Positions 46,113-49,323 of a stretch of DNA of 49,323 nucleotides are shown piece by piece. The notes beneath the pieces are model-generated. The model was given only the letters and a program-made list of their open reading frames with translations. It ran no database searches and had not been told where the DNA came from. Every line of letters begins with the position of its first letter. Positions within the stretch are counted from its first letter, which is position 1. The translations under genes were made by a program, and so were the position numbers. Origin of the DNA: Thermoplasmata archaeon (lineage in GTDB: Archaea > Thermoplasmatota > Thermoplasmata > Lutacidiplasmatales > UBA184); assembly GCA_021791335.1 (NCBI GenBank), contig JAJYWS010000023.1, positions 1-49,323 on the forward strand, given 5' to 3'.

Positions 46113-46997
46113 ATGGACCGACGTACGCTGCCCGTCATGGACCTCGAGGTTTCGAGGTTGGGGCTCGATCTCACCGGTCCGCTTCCCCCGTACGGGGAAT
46201 CGGTCCTCCACCGGGCGCTCCACGACGAAGTCACCCTGTTCCGGATCCCCCTCGGGGATGCGGGCCGTGGGGCTCGACATGGATTGCGGAGGGTCGGGCT
46301 CGGCTCGGAGGTCTCCCTTGTCCTCGTCGGGGTGCTGCCGCCCGGCTCGGCCGCGGAGGCGGCCCGCCTCCTCGACCGGGCCCGCCAGGAGCTCTCGATC
46401 CCTCACCGACTTCTCCTCGAGGTTCGTGAGCCCGATCTGACGCTGGTGCGTTCGACCCTTCTCGCGGAGGAGGCGTCCGTCGCCCCAGCCCACCGCACCG
46501 GGATCGGAGTCGGGATCGACCCGCCTCTCACCGGGGGGGCGGGTGAAAATCGGGCCGACTTTGTCTCGGTGCCCCACTCGCTCTGGGGACCGGGGATCCG
46601 CCTTTCGCCGGATTCCGGTTTCAGGGTGGGCATCCTAGCGCGGGACCCTTGGGGGGGCCCCGCGGGCCTCGTGGACCCCCTGGAGTACAGCCCGAACCCA
46701 ACTCGACCTCCCCTGCCCGTGCCGGTCTCCCGCCTCCGTAAGGAAGCCGAACGGTGGATCGGCTGGTCGGATCTGGTGCGGCTGGAAGGACGGCCCCTGC
46801 CCGAGGTCGCCGTTCGTTATGCGCTCGATACCCCGGGAGTTTCGGCGGCTCTGCTCCCGCTTCCTACCCCGGAGCTTTGGTTGGCCGCTCGAAATGCCAC
46901 GACCAACGGCCCCCTCTCCGCTAGGGCGCGGGAGTGGATCCTCCGCCAGGGCCCGGCACCCGACCCCCGATTCTCACCGGAGGGGGCGCAACCGTAA
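46113..46997 (+). CDS. Degenerate aldo/keto reductase-fold protein
   Basis: N-terminal MDRRTL...LEVSRLGL and C-terminal AVRYALDTPGVSAALL...PLS resemble AKR; GGAG RBS; catalytic motifs not recognisable. Confidence 0.6.
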   Translation: MDRRTLPVMDLEVSRLGLDLTGPLPPYGESVLHRALHDEVTLFRIPLGDAGRGARHGLRRVGLGSEVSLVLVGVLPPGSAAEAARLLDRARQELSIPHRLLLEVREPDLTLVRSTLLAEEASVAPAHRTGIGVGIDPPLTGGAGENRADFVSVPHSLWGPGIRLSPDSGFRVGILARDPWGGPAGLVDPLEYSPNPTRPPLPVPVSRLRKEAERWIGWSDLVRLEGRPLPEVAVRYALDTPGVSAALLPLPTPELWLAARNATTNGPLSARAREWILRQGPAPDPRFSPEGAQP

Positions 46998-47022
46998 TCC
47001 CGCCCGGGCCACTGTCCGATCG

Positions 47023-47505
47023 ATGCTCGCCGTCGGAGATGCCGCCCCCGACTTCACCCTGCCGGCCCCGGACGGCAGTTCGATCACGCTCTCCCAGTAT
47101 CGGGGGAAGTACGTCGTGCTCTACTTCTACCCGAAGGCCAACTCCCTCGGCTGTACGATCGAAACCCGAGAGTTCCAGCGGACCCTGCCCGAGTTCGCTT
47201 CCAAGAACATGGTGGTCCTAGGGATCAGCGTCGATCCGGTCGGCGAACAGCAGCGGTTCGCCCAGCGCTGCGCCCTCGATTTCCCCCTCCTCGCGGACGA
47301 TCGGAAGGAGGTGGCCCGCCGGTATGGCGTCCTCGGCTTCCTCGGGTTCTCCCGTAGGGTCACGTTCGTCCTCGATCCCCGCGGCACGGTCGTCGCGGTC
47401 ATCGAGACGCCCCGTCCCAAAGAGCACATTCGACGCGCCCTGGAGATCGCTCGCGCCTCGCCCAACCCCCCGGAGGCGCCGGCGGCCGGCCCGATGCCGC
47501 GGTGA
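47023..47505 (+). CDS. bcp: Peroxiredoxin, BCP/PrxQ type
   Basis: GDAAPDF, VVLYFYPKANSLGCTIE, GISVD, RVTFVLD. Confidence 0.9.
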   Translation: MLAVGDAAPDFTLPAPDGSSITLSQYRGKYVVLYFYPKANSLGCTIETREFQRTLPEFASKNMVVLGISVDPVGEQQRFAQRCALDFPLLADDRKEVARRYGVLGFLGFSRRVTFVLDPRGTVVAVIETPRPKEHIRRALEIARASPNPPEAPAAGPMPR

Positions 47506-47709
47506 ACCCATCTCCCGACGCCTCGGCCCCGACGCTGCCCTCCGGGCGCCCCGGTACGGCAGGATCGATCGAGACCCCGGGTGGCCGTCACCCCCTATCG
47601 GGTGAGCCAGATCCTCGCGAGCGGCAGGCCGGATCGATCCCGGGGTGAGCGCCCGGGCGCGGACGGCCGGCAACCCTCTAATGCCCTGGAGACATGGGCC
47701 TCATGACCC

Positions 47710-48921
47710 ATGAAGATTCAGAGCGTTGAGGCCATCGAGGTCGCGGCCCCGGCAGACGAACTTTCCTCCCCTTGGAGTTCGACGGTTGTGCTCGTCAAGG
47801 TCACCACCTCGTCGGGGGCAGTCGGCTGGGGCGAGTCGCCGACCACCCTGATGACCCACCCCGTCCGGAGCAGCGTGCCGGAGGTGGCGCGCTTTTACGA
47901 GGGTCGGGAGCTCCACGACCACGGCACGGGCCGGCGGGAATTCGAGCGGTACTCCTTCTACCGGTACCATTCGATGGAGGCGACCAGCGCGCTGAGCGGG
48001 GTCGACATCGCCTGCCACGATCTGATCGGCCGGGAACTCGGCACCCCGATCAGTACCCTGCTCGGTGGCCGGCTCCGGGAGCGCGTCCGGGCCTACTCCA
48101 ACGGTTGGTATTCGGACTGCATCCGCCCCGAGGAGTTTGCATCGAAGGCCCGGGCGATGGTCCGTGCCGGGTTCACCGCGCTCAAGTTCGATCCGTTTGG
48201 CGACCAGTATCGGGAGATCTCCCCCCAGGGACTCCGGGCGGCCTCGGAGCGGGTGGCCGCCGTGCGTCGGGCGGTCGGACCCGACGTCGACCTGCTCATC
48301 GAGTACCACGGCCGGTTTTTGCCGTCGGCCGCCCTCCGTGCAGGCCGGGAGTTGGACCAGTACTCCCCGCGCTTCATGGAGGAACCCATGATCCCCGAGT
48401 ACAACGATGCCCTGGCCGAGTTCCGCCAGCAGGTCCGGACCCCGGTCGCGCTGGGGGAGCGGCTCCTGACCGCCGCCGAATTTGCGAGCTATCTTAGACG
48501 GGGTCTCGTGGACATCCTTCAGCCGGACATCACCAACTCCGGCGGGTTCAGCTACGGCCGGGAGATCGCCGGCGTCGCGGCGGCCTTCGGCGCCCCGGTG
48601 GCCTACCACAACGCCTTCGGCCCGGTCCAGACCGCCGCAACGCTCCAGATGGACGCTACGCTGCCGACCTTTTTCCTCCAGGAGAGCTTCGAAGCCAGTT
48701 GGCCCGAGTGGAAGCGGTCGCTGGTCCGCGGGTACCGGATCGAGAAGGGTCACTTCGAGATCCCGGACGGACCGGGGCTGGGGGTTGAGGTCGACGAACG
48801 GCAGGTCGAACGGTATCGGTCCGACCAGATGGATCCCATCGGTCCCGAACCCCCCTGGGTCATTGCCGGAACCTGGGTACCTCGCTCCGTGGGGCGACCG
48901 AAACGCGGCCGGCGGAGCTGA
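47710..48921 (+). CDS. gad: Enolase-superfamily sugar-acid dehydratase, archaeal gluconate/galactonate dehydratase-like
   Basis: YSNGWY, LKFDPFG, IEYHGRF, FMEEP, GERL, QPD, YHNAFGP and C-terminal [10 protein letters not shown], as recalled for crenarchaeal/Thermoplasmatales GAD. Confidence 0.78.
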   Translation: MKIQSVEAIEVAAPADELSSPWSSTVVLVKVTTSSGAVGWGESPTTLMTHPVRSSVPEVARFYEGRELHDHGTGRREFERYSFYRYHSMEATSALSGVDIACHDLIGRELGTPISTLLGGRLRERVRAYSNGWYSDCIRPEEFASKARAMVRAGFTALKFDPFGDQYREISPQGLRAASERVAAVRRAVGPDVDLLIEYHGRFLPSAALRAGRELDQYSPRFMEEPMIPEYNDALAEFRQQVRTPVALGERLLTAAEFASYLRRGLVDILQPDITNSGGFSYGREIAGVAAAFGAPVAYHNAFGPVQTAATLQMDATLPTFFLQESFEASWPEWKRSLVRGYRIEKGHFEIPDGPGLGVEVDERQVERYRSDQMDPIGPEPPWVIAGTWVPRSVGRPKRGRRS

Positions 48922-48967
48922 CCCTGCCGGGAGCAGCGACTCAACCGGGCGGGCAGATCCCGATCGT

Positions 48968-49323
48968 ATGACGCAGGTTCCTCCCTCGCAGTGGCGCAAG
49001 CTGACCCGGGCCGAGGCCGCAGTGATCGAACACCGGGGGACCGAACGCCCCTTCACGGGCGAGTACGAATCGTTTCGGGGTGTCGGCACCTACCATTGCC
49101 GTCGCTGCGACACTCCCCTCTATCGCTCCACCGACAAGTTCGACGCGGGATGCGGCTGGCCCAGCTTTGACGACGAGATTCCCGGCGCCGTCGTCCAGCT
49201 GCCGGACCCGGATGGGGCCCGGACCGAGATCCGATGTGCCGGCTGCGGAGGGCATCTGGGACACGTCTTCCAGGGTGAGCGGTTTACTCCCAAGAACACC
49301 CGCCACTGCGTCAACTCCATTTC
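48968..49323 (+). CDS. msrB: Peptide methionine sulfoxide reductase B, 3'-truncated by window edge (not in ORF track)
   Basis: [50 protein letters not shown] with catalytic Cys encoded by TGC. Confidence 0.95.
   Translation, partial: MTQVPPSQWRKLTRAEAAVIEHRGTERPFTGEYESFRGVGTYHCRRCDTPLYRSTDKFDAGCGWPSFDDEIPGAVVQLPDPDGARTEIRCAGCGGHLGHVFQGERFTPKNTRHCVNSI

Noticed and set aside
49290-49323. Possible selenocysteine MsrB
   Set aside because: The catalytic codon is TGC (Cys), not TGA
1-49323. CRISPR array, transposase, integrase or provirus
   Set aside because: No regularly spaced direct repeats or mobile-element protein motifs were found

Overview
GC-rich (about 70% by eye) archaeal chromosomal segment, most consistent with a high-GC Thermoplasmata lineage. 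Support: deoxyhypusine synthase, RFC large subunit, Mre11/Rad50, ABCE1, MptA, archaeal RNase P RNA, a C/D box sRNA, thermopsin-type surface repeats and a bacterial-type ThrRS. It holds about 50 CDS, mostly housekeeping; no transposase, CRISPR array, tRNA or rRNA was seen. Highlights: (1) a three-gene membrane module with a NapH/CcoG/FoxG-like polyferredoxin, a convergent paralog of its N-terminal Met-rich membrane domain, and a Cys-Cys membrane protein; (2) a complete SUF system split over several promoters that share a 26-bp putative SufR operator, linked to a CysM-JAMM-(Ubl-E1-rhodanese fusion) sulfur-relay operon; (3) a 13-codon CxxCGC micropeptide with a Shine-Dalgarno site, absent from the ORF track; (4) an RFC large subunit with an ~80-aa insertion resembling a GH42 beta-galactosidase subdomain; (5) two non-coding RNAs not in the ORF track (rnpB and a C/D guide). 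All family assignments come from manual motif recognition, not database searches.
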